Positions 11,487 to 23,454 of a stretch of DNA of 64,000 nt are shown here, in pieces. Both the position numbers and the translations under genes were made by a program. Source of the DNA: an uncultured Actinomycetota bacterium. Its GTDB lineage: Bacteria > Actinomycetota > Actinomycetes > Mycobacteriales > QHCD01. The notes beneath the pieces were generated by a model. It had not been told where the DNA came from. It saw only the letters and a program-made list of their open reading frames with translations, and made no database searches. The DNA lies in contig CAVZJT010000006.1 in the NCBI GenBank assembly GCA_963775655.1, positions 123,940-187,939 of the forward strand, read 5' to 3'. Numbering within the stretch: position 1 is the first letter of the stretch; each line of letters starts with the position of its first letter.

Positions 11487-13166
11487 GTGATGACCGCCCT
11501 CGCACGTGTCCGCGCCGTCGCCGGGCCACCGGCGGCCTGGTTGCTCTCCCGGTGGCGGCACTCGCTGCAGGTGCGGGTGGCGGCCACGACCGCGCTCGTC
11601 TCCGGCATCGTGGTCCTGATCATCGGCATCGTGCTGCTCGGGCAGATCAGCGCCGGTCTGCTCGACGCGAAGCGGCATGCGGCGCTGGCCGAGGCCGATG
11701 ACGGGCTGCGGGTGTCGACCGCCCAGATGTCGGTGATCACCGCGTCCGGCGCGGACACCGTCCGCAACGCGCTGAGCAACCTGGTCGCCAACCTCTCCGG
11801 CAAGGGCAGCAACGCGGGCCTGTTCGACGTCGCGATCCTGCCCCAGGCCGCCCGGCAGGAGCCGGTCGTGTCCGGCAACGTCGACCCCGCGACGGTCCCC
11901 GACCGGCTGCGCCGGCTGGTCGCCCAGTCCAAGCAGAGCTACGAATACGGCCCGATCCGGCACGAGGGCGGTCAGTCCAGCCCGGGTCTGATCATCGGTG
12001 AGCCGGTGACCAGCCCGGTGGGCACCTTCGGGCTCTACTACCTCTTCCCGCTGCAGACCGAGCAGCGCACGCTCGCGCTGGTGCAGCGGACCGTCGTCGT
12101 CGCCGGTCTGGTCCTCGTGCTGCTGGTCGCCGCGATCGCCGTGCTGGTGACCCGGCAGGTCGTCCGTCCGGTGCGCACCGCCGCCGCCACCGCCGAGCGG
12201 CTGTCGGCGGGTCACCTGGCCGAACGGATGCCGGTGCGCGGCGAGGACGACCTGGCCCGGCTGGCCACGTCGTTCAACCACATGGCCGAGAGCCTGCAGC
12301 AGCAGATCACCCAGCTCGAGGACCTGTCCCGGCTGCAGCGACGGTTCACCAGTGACGTGTCGCACGAGCTGCGGACGCCGCTGACCACCGTGCGGATGGC
12401 CGCCGACCTGCTCTACGCCGCCCGCGACGGATTCCCGACCGGGGTGGCCCGCTCGGCCGAGCTCCTGCAGGCCGAGCTCGACCGGTTCGAGGCGCTGCTG
12501 GTCGACCTGCTGGAGATCAGCCGGCACGACGCCCGCGCGGTGGAACTGGACGCCGAGCCGGTGGACCTGCGGCTCCTCGTCGACCGGGCCGTCGACGGCG
12601 TCGCGCCGATCGCCGCCCGGGCCGGGAGCGACCTGGTGGTCCGGACGCCCAACGCCCCGGTGGTCGCCGAGATCGACCCCCGCCGGATCGAGCGGATCCT
12701 GCGCAACCTGCTCGGCAACGCCCTGGAGCACGGGGACGGCCTGCCGGTCGAGGTGGCGCTGGCCGGCGACGCCGAGGCGGTTGCCGTGACCGTCCGCGAC
12801 CACGGCGTCGGCCTGACCCAGAGCGAGGCCGCGCTGGTGTTCAACCGGTTCTGGCGCGCCGACCCCTCACGCAACCGGCGTACCGGCGGCACCGGGCTCG
12901 GACTCGCCATCAGCCTCGAGGACGCCCGGCTGCACAACGGGTGGCTCAACGTGTGGGGCCGCTCCGGGCACGGCGCGCAGTTCCGGCTGACCCTCCCGAC
13001 CCGGGCCGGCGACGTCCTGAGCTGGTCGCCGCTTCCGCTCGAACCGCCCGACGCCCGGGCACTGGCGGTCGATGACGGGACGGCCGCCGAACGCCCGGTG
13101 GACGAGCCGGACGACCCGGGCGAGCCGTCGCCGACCGAGGCGACGCGGGTGGCGGGGCAGTCATGA
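11487..13166 (+). CDS. mtrB: Sensor histidine kinase MtrB
   Basis: Two TM segments, HAMP, DVSHELRTPLTT H-box, RFWRADPSR..GGTGLGL. Confidence 0.95.
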   Translation: MMTALARVRAVAGPPAAWLLSRWRHSLQVRVAATTALVSGIVVLIIGIVLLGQISAGLLDAKRHAALAEADDGLRVSTAQMSVITASGADTVRNALSNLVANLSGKGSNAGLFDVAILPQAARQEPVVSGNVDPATVPDRLRRLVAQSKQSYEYGPIRHEGGQSSPGLIIGEPVTSPVGTFGLYYLFPLQTEQRTLALVQRTVVVAGLVLVLLVAAIAVLVTRQVVRPVRTAAATAERLSAGHLAERMPVRGEDDLARLATSFNHMAESLQQQITQLEDLSRLQRRFTSDVSHELRTPLTTVRMAADLLYAARDGFPTGVARSAELLQAELDRFEALLVDLLEISRHDARAVELDAEPVDLRLLVDRAVDGVAPIAARAGSDLVVRTPNAPVVAEIDPRRIERILRNLLGNALEHGDGLPVEVALAGDAEAVAVTVRDHGVGLTQSEAALVFNRFWRADPSRNRRTGGTGLGLAISLEDARLHNGWLNVWGRSGHGAQFRLTLPTRAGDVLSWSPLPLEPPDARALAVDDGTAAERPVDEPDDPGEPSPTEATRVAGQS

Positions 13167-14869
13167 GGGCCGCCCGGGTGTGGCTGGCGCTGTGTGCGGC
13201 GGTCGCCGTGCTCGTGGTCACCGCCTGCGCCAGCGTCCCGGGGACGTCCGCACCGATCAGCGTGCGCAAGGTGCGGGCGGGCCTCGCGCTCGAGCAGGGG
13301 CCGAGTGTCCGGTCGGTACCCAGTCCGCCGCGGAAGGGCATGGGCCCCAGCGAGATCGTGCAGGGCTTCCTCGACGCCAACTCCGGCGGCGATCCCCAGC
13401 ATGGCGTCGCCCGCAAATTCCTCACGCCGCGGGCGGCGACGTCCTGGGACGACGGCGCCGGCGCGATCGTCTACGACGGCAACCAGGTCTACGTCAATCC
13501 GTCCCGGAACGGCAGCAGGGTCGCGCTGTCGGTGCGCCGGGTGGCCACCGTGGGCACCGACGGCTCCTACACCGCGGAGCCGGGTCGGTTGCGGCTGACG
13601 CTCGCGTTACGCCGGGTCGACGGTCAGTGGCGGGTCGACAACCCACCGCCCGGAGTGTTCGTCACCTCCAGCGACTTCGCCCGCAACTACCAGCGGGTCA
13701 ACGTCTACTTCCTCGGCCCGCAGCACGACGTCGTCGTTCCCGACCCGCGCTACTTCTCGGTGCCGCCCGGCTCGCTGGCCAACCGCATGGTGGCGGCCCT
13801 GCTCGCCGGCCCGTCGTCGTGGCTGTCGCCCGCCGTCCGCACCGCGGTGCCGTCCGGGGTCACGTTGCGCCGCAACATCGTCCAGTCCACGCCGGTGATC
13901 ACCGTTGACCTTTCCGGGCTCGGCTCGATGACGTCCGGACAGCTCATGGGAATGTCGGCGCAGATCGTGTGGACGCTCGACCAGCTCAACTCCGACCCGG
14001 TGCAGATCCTCGCCGACGGCCAGCCGCTCACCGTTCCCGGCGTCGGGATCGACCAGCAGCAGTCGGACTGGCAGAGCTACGACCCGGACGCGCTGCCGAC
14101 GAGCGCCTCCGCGTACTTCCTCGCCAACGGCGCGGTCTGGACGCAGGACGGGCCGATCGACGGCCCGGCCGGGACCAGCGCCTACGGCCTGTCGTCGGTG
14201 GCGGTCGGGCTGAACCGCGGGACGCTCGCGGGGGTCAACATCCGCACCGGCAGCGAGCACCTCTACGTCGGTCCGCTCGGCGGATCCCTCACCGACCGGC
14301 TGCACGCGACCACGCTCACCCCGCCCACCTGGGAGCGCGACTCGAGCGCGGTCTGGACCGTGCGCGACGGGGTCGACCTCATCAGCGTCCCGGTCCACGG
14401 CGCACCGCAGGTCCTGACCGCTCCCGAGCTGGCGCGCTACGCCCCGATCACCCAGCTGCAGCTGTCGCGGGACGGCACCCGGGTCGCCCTGATCGGCCGC
14501 GGCCGGCTCTACGTGGGCCGGGTGTCGACCCAGTCGGGGACGACGACGGTCGACGGCCTGCGACCGGCCGGAGCCGACCTCTCCGGGGCGACGGACGTGT
14601 CCTGGGCTTCGTCCACCGAGCTCGCGGCGCTGGCCCCCAACGCGAGCTCGGCCCGGGTGCCCTGGCAGATCCAGATGGACGGCTCCGCCGAGGCCGCGCA
14701 GAGCACGGCCGGGCTGCCCGGCCCGCCGACGGCGGTGGCGGCCGCCCCCGAGCACCTCACGCTGGTCTCCTCCGCCGGCAGCATGTGGCTCTTGGCCGAC
14801 CGGTCCTGGAACCAGCTGCTGCGCAACAACGAGCTGATCTACGCGGTGGCGCCGACCTACCCGGGGTGA
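13163..14869 (+). CDS. lpqB: Lipoprotein LpqB (GerMN + beta-propeller)
   Basis: Lipobox VTAC, VVVPDPRY, LLAGPS.WL, LSRDGTRVA; third gene of mtrAB-lpqB. Confidence 0.92.
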   Translation: MRAARVWLALCAAVAVLVVTACASVPGTSAPISVRKVRAGLALEQGPSVRSVPSPPRKGMGPSEIVQGFLDANSGGDPQHGVARKFLTPRAATSWDDGAGAIVYDGNQVYVNPSRNGSRVALSVRRVATVGTDGSYTAEPGRLRLTLALRRVDGQWRVDNPPPGVFVTSSDFARNYQRVNVYFLGPQHDVVVPDPRYFSVPPGSLANRMVAALLAGPSSWLSPAVRTAVPSGVTLRRNIVQSTPVITVDLSGLGSMTSGQLMGMSAQIVWTLDQLNSDPVQILADGQPLTVPGVGIDQQQSDWQSYDPDALPTSASAYFLANGAVWTQDGPIDGPAGTSAYGLSSVAVGLNRGTLAGVNIRTGSEHLYVGPLGGSLTDRLHATTLTPPTWERDSSAVWTVRDGVDLISVPVHGAPQVLTAPELARYAPITQLQLSRDGTRVALIGRGRLYVGRVSTQSGTTTVDGLRPAGADLSGATDVSWASSTELAALAPNASSARVPWQIQMDGSAEAAQSTAGLPGPPTAVAAAPEHLTLVSSAGSMWLLADRSWNQLLRNNELIYAVAPTYPG

Positions 14870-14887
14870 GGGGTGCCGTCCGTCGTC

Positions 14888-14939
14888 GTCCACAGATCCG
14901 GGCCGGCCCTTCCGGCGCGGGCGTCCGGGCGGCCACGAT
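14888..14939 (+). promoter_or_regulatory. GTCCACAG motif plus -10 CACGAT (leaderless comF promoter)
   Basis: GTCCACAG 14888-14895; CACGAT 14934-14939, 45 nt from the T of TCCACAG; GTG at 14946. Confidence 0.65.
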
Positions 14940-14945
14940 CGGGTG

Positions 14946-15668
14946 GTGCTCGCCGACCTGCTCGACCTCGTCTTTCCCGTCGGCTGCGGCGGCTGCGGGC
15001 GGCCGGGATCGGCGTGGTGCGGGTCGTGCGCCGGCCTGCTCGACCGCCCGACGGCCCACCGACCGCGCCCGAGCCCGCCGGGGCTGCCGCCGGTGTGGGT
15101 GGCCGGTCGCTACGACGGTGCGGTCCGGTCCGCGCTGCTCGCCTACAAGGAGCGCGGCCGCAGGGAGCTGGGCGGCCCGCTCGGCGCGGCACTCGCCGGC
15201 GCGGTGCGCCACGCCTGCGCCGCCGGCCAAGGCAACCCCGATCTGGTCCTCATCCCGGTGCCGTCCCGCCGGTCGGTGGCCCGGGCGCGGGGCGGCGATC
15301 ACGTACGGCGGTTGGCGGGTCACGCCGCGGCGGCGCTGGCGGTCGACGGGTCCGCCGTCGCGGTCGTCCCCGCCCTGCGGGTGCGCGGTAGGCCGCGCGA
15401 CTCGGCCGGGCTGTCGGCCGCAGCCCGCTCGATCAACCTCGCCGGCGCCCTCACCGTGACATCGGGCACCGCGGCGTGCATGGGGCAAACCGTCGTTGTC
15501 GTCGACGATCTGGTCACCACCGGCGCGACGCTCGTCGAGGCCGCGCGCGCCCTGCGCGCGGCGAAGATCGACGTGATCGCCGCCGCCGCCGTGGCCGCGA
15601 CGCCGCGTCGACCACAATCCTTGCGCGGGGACCGGCAAAGGGTGTCCGGCGAGCCGCAACCCGACTAG
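14946..15668 (+). CDS. comF: ComF family protein (Zn ribbon + phosphoribosyltransferase domain)
   Basis: LLDLVFPVGCGGC....WC.SC, YKERG, LIPVPS, VVVVDDLVTTGATL. Confidence 0.92.
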   Translation: MLADLLDLVFPVGCGGCGRPGSAWCGSCAGLLDRPTAHRPRPSPPGLPPVWVAGRYDGAVRSALLAYKERGRRELGGPLGAALAGAVRHACAAGQGNPDLVLIPVPSRRSVARARGGDHVRRLAGHAAAALAVDGSAVAVVPALRVRGRPRDSAGLSAAARSINLAGALTVTSGTAACMGQTVVVVDDLVTTGATLVEAARALRAAKIDVIAAAAVAATPRRPQSLRGDRQRVSGEPQPD

Positions 15669-15760
15669 CGTCGGAGGTGACGAAGGACACCGGAAGGGAG
15701 CCGATTCTCCGACAAGAACGCCCCGGCGTCGCCGGGGGAGATCAGTACCGGGAGGTCTGT

Positions 15761-16504
15761 GTGGACATTGTCGTGAGGGGCCGAAACGTCGAGGTTCCAG
15801 AGCATTATCGGCAGTTTGTCGCGGAGAAGCTGGGCCGGATCGAACGCTTTGACCACAAGGTGATCCGGGTCGACGTCGAACTCCAGCACGAACGCAATCC
15901 ACGCCAGTCCAGTGCGTGCCAGAACGTCCAGATCACCTGCAAATCGCGCGGCCCGGTCGTCCGCTCCGAGGCCTGCGCCCACGACTTCTACTCGGCTCTC
16001 GAGGCCGCGGTGAGCAAGCTCGAGGCACGGCTGCGCCGCGCGGCCGATCGCCGCCGGGTGCACTACGGTCACCACCGGCCACCGTCGGTGTCCGACGCCG
16101 TCGACCGGGTCGACGCGGCGCCGGCCGAGGTGCTCGACGGCACCAGCGCCGCGATGGTCGGAGCGACCGACGACGCCGCGGCGGACGGGTCCACGGACGA
16201 CGGTGCCGATGACGATGCCGTCGACGGCGACCTGGACGACGGGTCGCCCGGCCGGATCGTGCGCCAGAAGCAGCACAGCGCCGCACCGATGACCGTCGAC
16301 CAGGCCCTGTTCGCGATGGAACTCGTCGGGCACGACTTCTACCTCTTCGCCGACGCGACGACCGGCCTCGCCAGCGTCGTCTATCGCCGTAAGGGCTTCG
16401 CCTACGGCGTCATCCGGCTCACCGACAGCACGGCGACGCCGGTCAACGGCGCGGCGCCCCAGGCGGCCGTCGCAGCCGCCGAGTACGCCGTACGCTCCTC
16501 GTAG
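15761..16504 (+). CDS. hpf: Ribosome hibernation factor (long HPF/RaiA)
   Basis: VDIVVRGRNVEVP.HYR, ERNPRQ, PMTVDQAL..MELVGHDFYLF, VVYRRKG..YGVIRL; SD GGAGG. Confidence 0.95.
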   Translation: MDIVVRGRNVEVPEHYRQFVAEKLGRIERFDHKVIRVDVELQHERNPRQSSACQNVQITCKSRGPVVRSEACAHDFYSALEAAVSKLEARLRRAADRRRVHYGHHRPPSVSDAVDRVDAAPAEVLDGTSAAMVGATDDAAADGSTDDGADDDAVDGDLDDGSPGRIVRQKQHSAAPMTVDQALFAMELVGHDFYLFADATTGLASVVYRRKGFAYGVIRLTDSTATPVNGAAPQAAVAAAEYAVRSS

Positions 16505-16513
16505 CGGCCGTTC

Positions 16514-16538
16514 GGGCTACCGCCGCCCGGGGTAGCCC
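16514..16538 (+). terminator. Possible hairpin terminator after hpf
   Basis: GGGCTACC-N9-GGTAGCCC stem just after the stop; no U-tract. Confidence 0.35.
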
Positions 16539-16629
16539 ACGCGCCGTATGGGCCCGTGGGTTGCCTCGGAGCCGCAGGTCGGCGCCTACCATGGGACGAG
16601 CCGACCTCTGAGGAGTGGGAAGTCACACC

Positions 16630-19506
<2,877 letters not shown>

Positions 19507-19528
19507 CCGCGGGCGTCGGCTGGGTTGG

Positions 19529-20134
19529 TCAGCCCAGTTGTAGGGCGACGCAGCGCCACCGTCCGTCCACGCCCTCGAGCCGGGCGGCGGCGGCGCGGGC
19601 TCGCTCCCCGTGCCGGATGACCGCGCACACCTCGGCCACTCCGTCCGCGGGTTCGCTGACGTGCACGGACAGCACGGTCGGCGTGGCCGAGGCGGCACCG
19701 AGCCGGCGGGAGCGCAGGGCGCGGGACAGGTCCGCGAACACCGCCGGGCTGGTCCACTGCTGAAGTTGGGTGGCCGGCCGCCGGCCGGCCAACGCCTCGA
19801 CCGCGGCCTGCAGGAGCCGGTGGGCCACCGGTCGCGGATCGGGCAGGTCCTTGCGGCGGGTCGGCTGCGGACCCCAGAACTGCTGCCCGAGCCGGGTCCG
19901 GCGCGGGGCCGGTTCGGCGAGCGGCCGTTGCCGTGACGGCAGGTCGTCGAACGGCAGTGGCTCGGCCGCAGGGGCGAGCGCCGTACCGGACGACGCCGGA
20001 ACCGGGAGCAGCGTGAGGTGCGGTCGGTCGCCGTCGTCGAGCGGGTCGTAGGGCGGCTCGAGCGGCGGCACCGGCCGTACCCGGGGCCCGCTCGTCGGCC
20101 GCGGGCCACCCTTGGTGAACGCGGCGACCGTCAT
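19529..20134 (-). CDS. Rv3235-family protein
   Basis: PPLEPPYD, EALAGRRPATQL..WTSP.V, EP.DGVAEV, RARA.AARLE...GRWRC..L.LG; ATGA overlap with the LysM gene. Confidence 0.85.
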   Translation of the reverse strand: MTVAAFTKGGPRPTSGPRVRPVPPLEPPYDPLDDGDRPHLTLLPVPASSGTALAPAAEPLPFDDLPSRQRPLAEPAPRRTRLGQQFWGPQPTRRKDLPDPRPVAHRLLQAAVEALAGRRPATQLQQWTSPAVFADLSRALRSRRLGAASATPTVLSVHVSEPADGVAEVCAVIRHGERARAAAARLEGVDGRWRCVALQLG

Positions 20135-20817
20135 CGCTGCTCCATTCGGTCGGGTCGGTGCGGCTCGGGGGACACCAGCCGCTGGCCGGGGTGGATCAGA
20201 TCCGGATCCGGCCCGATGACGCTCCGGTTCGCGGCGTACCAGCGCTGCCACTCGGCGGCGATCTGGGCGTTGGTCGCGGCCGGGCCCAGCCGGGTGGCGG
20301 CGAGATCCCACAGGCACTCGCCGGGGGCGACGATCACCGTGCGCCGGTCCGGCGCCGGCGCCGGTGGCGGTGCCGGTCCGACCGGCCAGTCGACGTCGAA
20401 GCTGGACGAGACCGTGACGGCCCGGTCCGGACGGCCGCTCGGCACGTGCCCGACGTCGGCCGCGGCAGCCGAGGCGCCGCCGGTCGCGACGGACAGTCCG
20501 AGGGCGAGCACGGTCGCCTGGCGCAGGGTCGCCGGGACCAGTCGGCCGGACACTGTCCGCGCGATCGCCCCGAGGATTCCCGGCAGGGAGCCGGCCGCGG
20601 TGGCCGAGACCGCGAGCGCCAGCCAGCCGAGGACCAGCCAGCAGGCGACCGCGACGAGCGTGATCGCGGTTCGATCGGGTCCGACCCGGTCGAGGTAGGC
20701 CTGCGGGTGAGCCAGCATCGGTCCGAGCGTGCGCGGGTCCGGGCTCACCCACCCGAGCAGGACCACGAGGCCCGCGAGCAGTGCACCCACACCGGTCGTC
20801 CGCATCCATCGCGCCAT
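20131..20817 (-). CDS. Membrane-anchored LysM-domain protein
   Basis: N-terminal TM segments; C-terminal VIVAPGECLWDLAA..LG...W.RWYAANR.VIGPDPDLIHPGQRL. Confidence 0.85.
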   Translation of the reverse strand: MARWMRTTGVGALLAGLVVLLGWVSPDPRTLGPMLAHPQAYLDRVGPDRTAITLVAVACWLVLGWLALAVSATAAGSLPGILGAIARTVSGRLVPATLRQATVLALGLSVATGGASAAAADVGHVPSGRPDRAVTVSSSFDVDWPVGPAPPPAPAPDRRTVIVAPGECLWDLAATRLGPAATNAQIAAEWQRWYAANRSVIGPDPDLIHPGQRLVSPEPHRPDRMEQR

Positions 20818-20929
20818 AGCCGCCCACCTTCGTTTGCGTGCGTTTGCTTTGTATAGCCTCCATGTACGTGCGGTCAAGGGGAGTAGATTTTCGGTGGAGT
20901 ACGTGGACGCGGGTCGACATACTCGGGCG

Positions 20930-21850
20930 ATGCAGCGTCGGGAGATCGTGGTGCCGCGTCCGGATTGCGAGCTCGCCGGGAGCATCTGGCTCCCGGACCG
21001 GGAGCCCGAGGCGCCGCTGGTCGTCATGCATCCGGGCTCCGGCCCCAGCGACCGGGACAACGACACGCTCTTCCCGCCGATTCGGGAGCGCTTTCTCGCC
21101 GCCGGGTGGGCCGTGGCGTCGTTCGACAAGCGGGGGATCGGCGACTCGACCGGGGCGTGGACCGACGCCGACATCACGGGCCAGGCGCAGGACGCGGTGG
21201 CCTGTGTCGCGGCCTGCCGGGACGCGATCGGGGCGTCGACGGCCGGGCTGTTCGGGCACAGCCAGGGTGGCTGGGTCGTGCTGGAGGCCGCCGCCCGTGG
21301 CGCGGGGGTCGGCTTCGTCATCACCAACTCGGGGCCTGGCGTCAGCCCGCGCGAGCAGGAGCTGTTCGCCACCCGGCGGGGCTTGCAGGGCCGCAGCGCC
21401 GCCGACGCCGACGCCGCGCTCGCCGCCATCGCGGACCTGTTCGACCTCGCGGCGGCTCGGACGCCGTGGCCGCAGGTCCAGGGGTGGATGGCCGATCCGG
21501 TCCGCGCCCACGCGATGCGGACCCTGGCCGACATCGGCGCGTTCGTGCCCGCCGACGCCGCGCTGTGGGGGTTGACCGCGACCATGATCGACCACGACCC
21601 CCGCGCGGCGATGCGGCTGCTGACCGTGCCGATCCTGACCGTCTTCGGCGCGAACGACACGGCGGTGCCGGTCGAGGCCAGCGTCGACGCCTACCGGCGC
21701 CACGTCCGCCCGGACCTGCTCACCGTCGCCGTCCTCGAGGGCGGCGACCATCGACTTGAAACCCCCGACGGCACCGGCTTCGCCCCGGGCTACCTGAGCC
21801 TGCTCGCCGACTACGTCGGTGGCCGTTCGCGGCAACGGTCGCCGAGCTAG
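20930..21850 (+). CDS. Alpha/beta hydrolase
   Basis: HPGSGP.DR, FDKRGIG.STG, GHSQGG nucleophile elbow, D..VP, GDH; leaderless -10 CATACT at 20918. Confidence 0.88.
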   Translation: MQRREIVVPRPDCELAGSIWLPDREPEAPLVVMHPGSGPSDRDNDTLFPPIRERFLAAGWAVASFDKRGIGDSTGAWTDADITGQAQDAVACVAACRDAIGASTAGLFGHSQGGWVVLEAAARGAGVGFVITNSGPGVSPREQELFATRRGLQGRSAADADAALAAIADLFDLAAARTPWPQVQGWMADPVRAHAMRTLADIGAFVPADAALWGLTATMIDHDPRAAMRLLTVPILTVFGANDTAVPVEASVDAYRRHVRPDLLTVAVLEGGDHRLETPDGTGFAPGYLSLLADYVGGRSRQRSPS

Positions 21851-21858
21851 GTCTGCGG

Positions 21859-22413
21859 GTGCGATGGGAGCGGCTCTTCGCCGACCTCGAGGCGCAGGCC
21901 GCGGCCGCCGATGCCGCGGAATTGGCCGGCGAGGTGGTCGAGCGCACCCGCACCGAGGTGGCCGCGCTGCGCCTCGTCGACCGGCTGCGCGCCGCCGTCG
22001 GGCATCCGGTGCGGCTGTCCTGCCGGGGCGGTGAGCAGGTCGTCGGCGTCCTGGAGCGGACCGGTCCGGACTGGGCGCTGGTGGCGGAGCGGCCGGACCG
22101 GGAGGCGCTGGTGCCGCTCGCGGCGGTGACCAGTATCGCCGGACTCGACGCCCTGTCCGCCGTGCCCGGCAGCGAGGGCCGGGTCGCGGCCCGCCTCGGG
22201 CTGGCCTACGCGCTGCGCGGTGTCGCCCGCGACCGGTCCAACACGGTCGTCACCCTCGTCGATGCGACCCGGATCGTGGGAACCCTGGACCGGGTGGGCG
22301 CGGACTTCGTCGAGATCGCGGAGCACCCGGCCGGCGAGGCGCGCCGGGCCCGGGCGGTGCGGCAGGTGCGCACGGTCCCCGTGGCCGCGCTCGCGGTGGT
22401 CCGGGCGTCCTGA
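21859..22413 (+). CDS. Conserved actinobacterial hypothetical protein
   Basis: MRWERLFADLEAQ..., LRGVARDR, GTLDRVGADFVEIAEH; I recognise this as a conserved member of the secA-adjacent cluster. Confidence 0.75.
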   Translation: MRWERLFADLEAQAAAADAAELAGEVVERTRTEVAALRLVDRLRAAVGHPVRLSCRGGEQVVGVLERTGPDWALVAERPDREALVPLAAVTSIAGLDALSAVPGSEGRVAARLGLAYALRGVARDRSNTVVTLVDATRIVGTLDRVGADFVEIAEHPAGEARRARAVRQVRTVPVAALAVVRAS

Positions 22414-22653
22414 TCAGTCCTGGGGCACCGGCTCGTCGCGGCCGAGCGGATGCGTCTGGACGAAATCCCGCGTCTCGGTGTACATCCGGGCGATGTAGGA
22501 CTCGAGCTGGTCGCGCTCGACCCGCCACTGACCGCGACCCCCGATCTTGATCGCGGGCAACTCACCACTGCGCACCAGCGCGTAGGTCTGCGACGCGGAG
22601 ATGTTGAGCACCTCGGCGACGTCACTGAGGGTGAGAAACCTGTCGATGGGCAT
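22414..22653 (-). CDS. Excisionase/BldC-like helix-turn-helix DNA-binding protein
   Basis: RFLTLSDVAEVLNIS..QTYALVRSGELPAIKIGGRGQWRV; -10 CACACT at 22666-22661. Confidence 0.9.
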   Translation of the reverse strand: MPIDRFLTLSDVAEVLNISASQTYALVRSGELPAIKIGGRGQWRVERDQLESYIARMYTETRDFVQTHPLGRDEPVPQD

Positions 22654-22660
22654 CGCGACC

Positions 22661-22747
22661 AGTGTGGCACCCACGCCGGTGCTCCTGCCGTCGCCGTCCA
22701 CAGCCTGTGGACGCCGAATGGTGCCCGGGGCCGGCGTTTGGCACCAT
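22661..22747. promoter_or_regulatory. Divergent promoter pair centred on the palindrome GTCCACAG-C-CTGTGGAC
   Basis: Palindrome at 22696-22712. Each half has a CAnnnT hexamer 45 nt downstream of its T: CACCAT 22742-22747 (+) and CACACT 22666-22661 (-). Confidence 0.7.
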
Positions 22748-22815
22748 CACTCGGTCAGTCAGTGGCGGAGGCGGCACCACCGGCGTCCTCGACTCCGAAC
22801 GTGTTGGGAGAGACC

Positions 22816-23454
22816 GTGCCGGAACCACGATCGCCGGCCGCGCGCCGCCTCCGTACCCCGTCGTGGGTGAACCTCCGGATGCTGATCGGGGTGCTCCTCG
22901 TCCTCGTCGCGGTCGCCGTCGGCGCCCGGGTGGTCGCGGGTGCCGACAAGTCGGTCACGATCTGGGGCCTCTCCCACGACGTCGCCTCGGGAACGGCGCT
23001 GACCGCCGACGACCTGCGTCCGGTGCGGGTCCGGCTCTACGCCGACGCCCCGCGTTACCTGTCCACGGCCGTCTCCCCGGCGGGTCAGGTGACCAACCGC
23101 GATCTGAGTGGCGGCGACTTCCTGCCGCGGTCGGCGCTCGGTCCGGTGCCGGACGGTGTCCTGGTCCCGCTCCCGGTCGACCCGAGCGTGCTGCCGCCCG
23201 GGCTGTCCCGCGGTGACCGCATCGACGTCTACGCCGGCCCCGCATCCGCCGGCGATCCGCACGGGACGACCCGCCCGGTGCTGCAGGGAGCGCCGGTGCA
23301 GGCCGTCGCCGGCGGCCGCTCGGGCCTGTCCGCCGGGAGCGACAAGGTGCAACTGACGGTGCGGGTGCACCGCGACCAGGAGGCTGCCCTGGTCGCCGCG
23401 GTCGCCGGCAGCACCCTCTACGTCACCCAGCATGTGGGCGGGTCGGGCCGGTGA
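22816..23454 (+). CDS. SAF-domain protein (CpaB/RcpC-like)
   Basis: RRLRTPSW.N.R + TM helix, HDVASGTALTADDL, P.GL.RGDRIDVY; SD GGAG. Confidence 0.78.
   Translation: MPEPRSPAARRLRTPSWVNLRMLIGVLLVLVAVAVGARVVAGADKSVTIWGLSHDVASGTALTADDLRPVRVRLYADAPRYLSTAVSPAGQVTNRDLSGGDFLPRSALGPVPDGVLVPLPVDPSVLPPGLSRGDRIDVYAGPASAGDPHGTTRPVLQGAPVQAVAGGRSGLSAGSDKVQLTVRVHRDQEAALVAAVAGSTLYVTQHVGGSGR

Noticed and set aside
22414-22653. Prophage or ICE signalled by an excisionase-like gene
   Set aside because: No integrase, att repeat or tRNA; the gene sits in a conserved chromosomal cluster.
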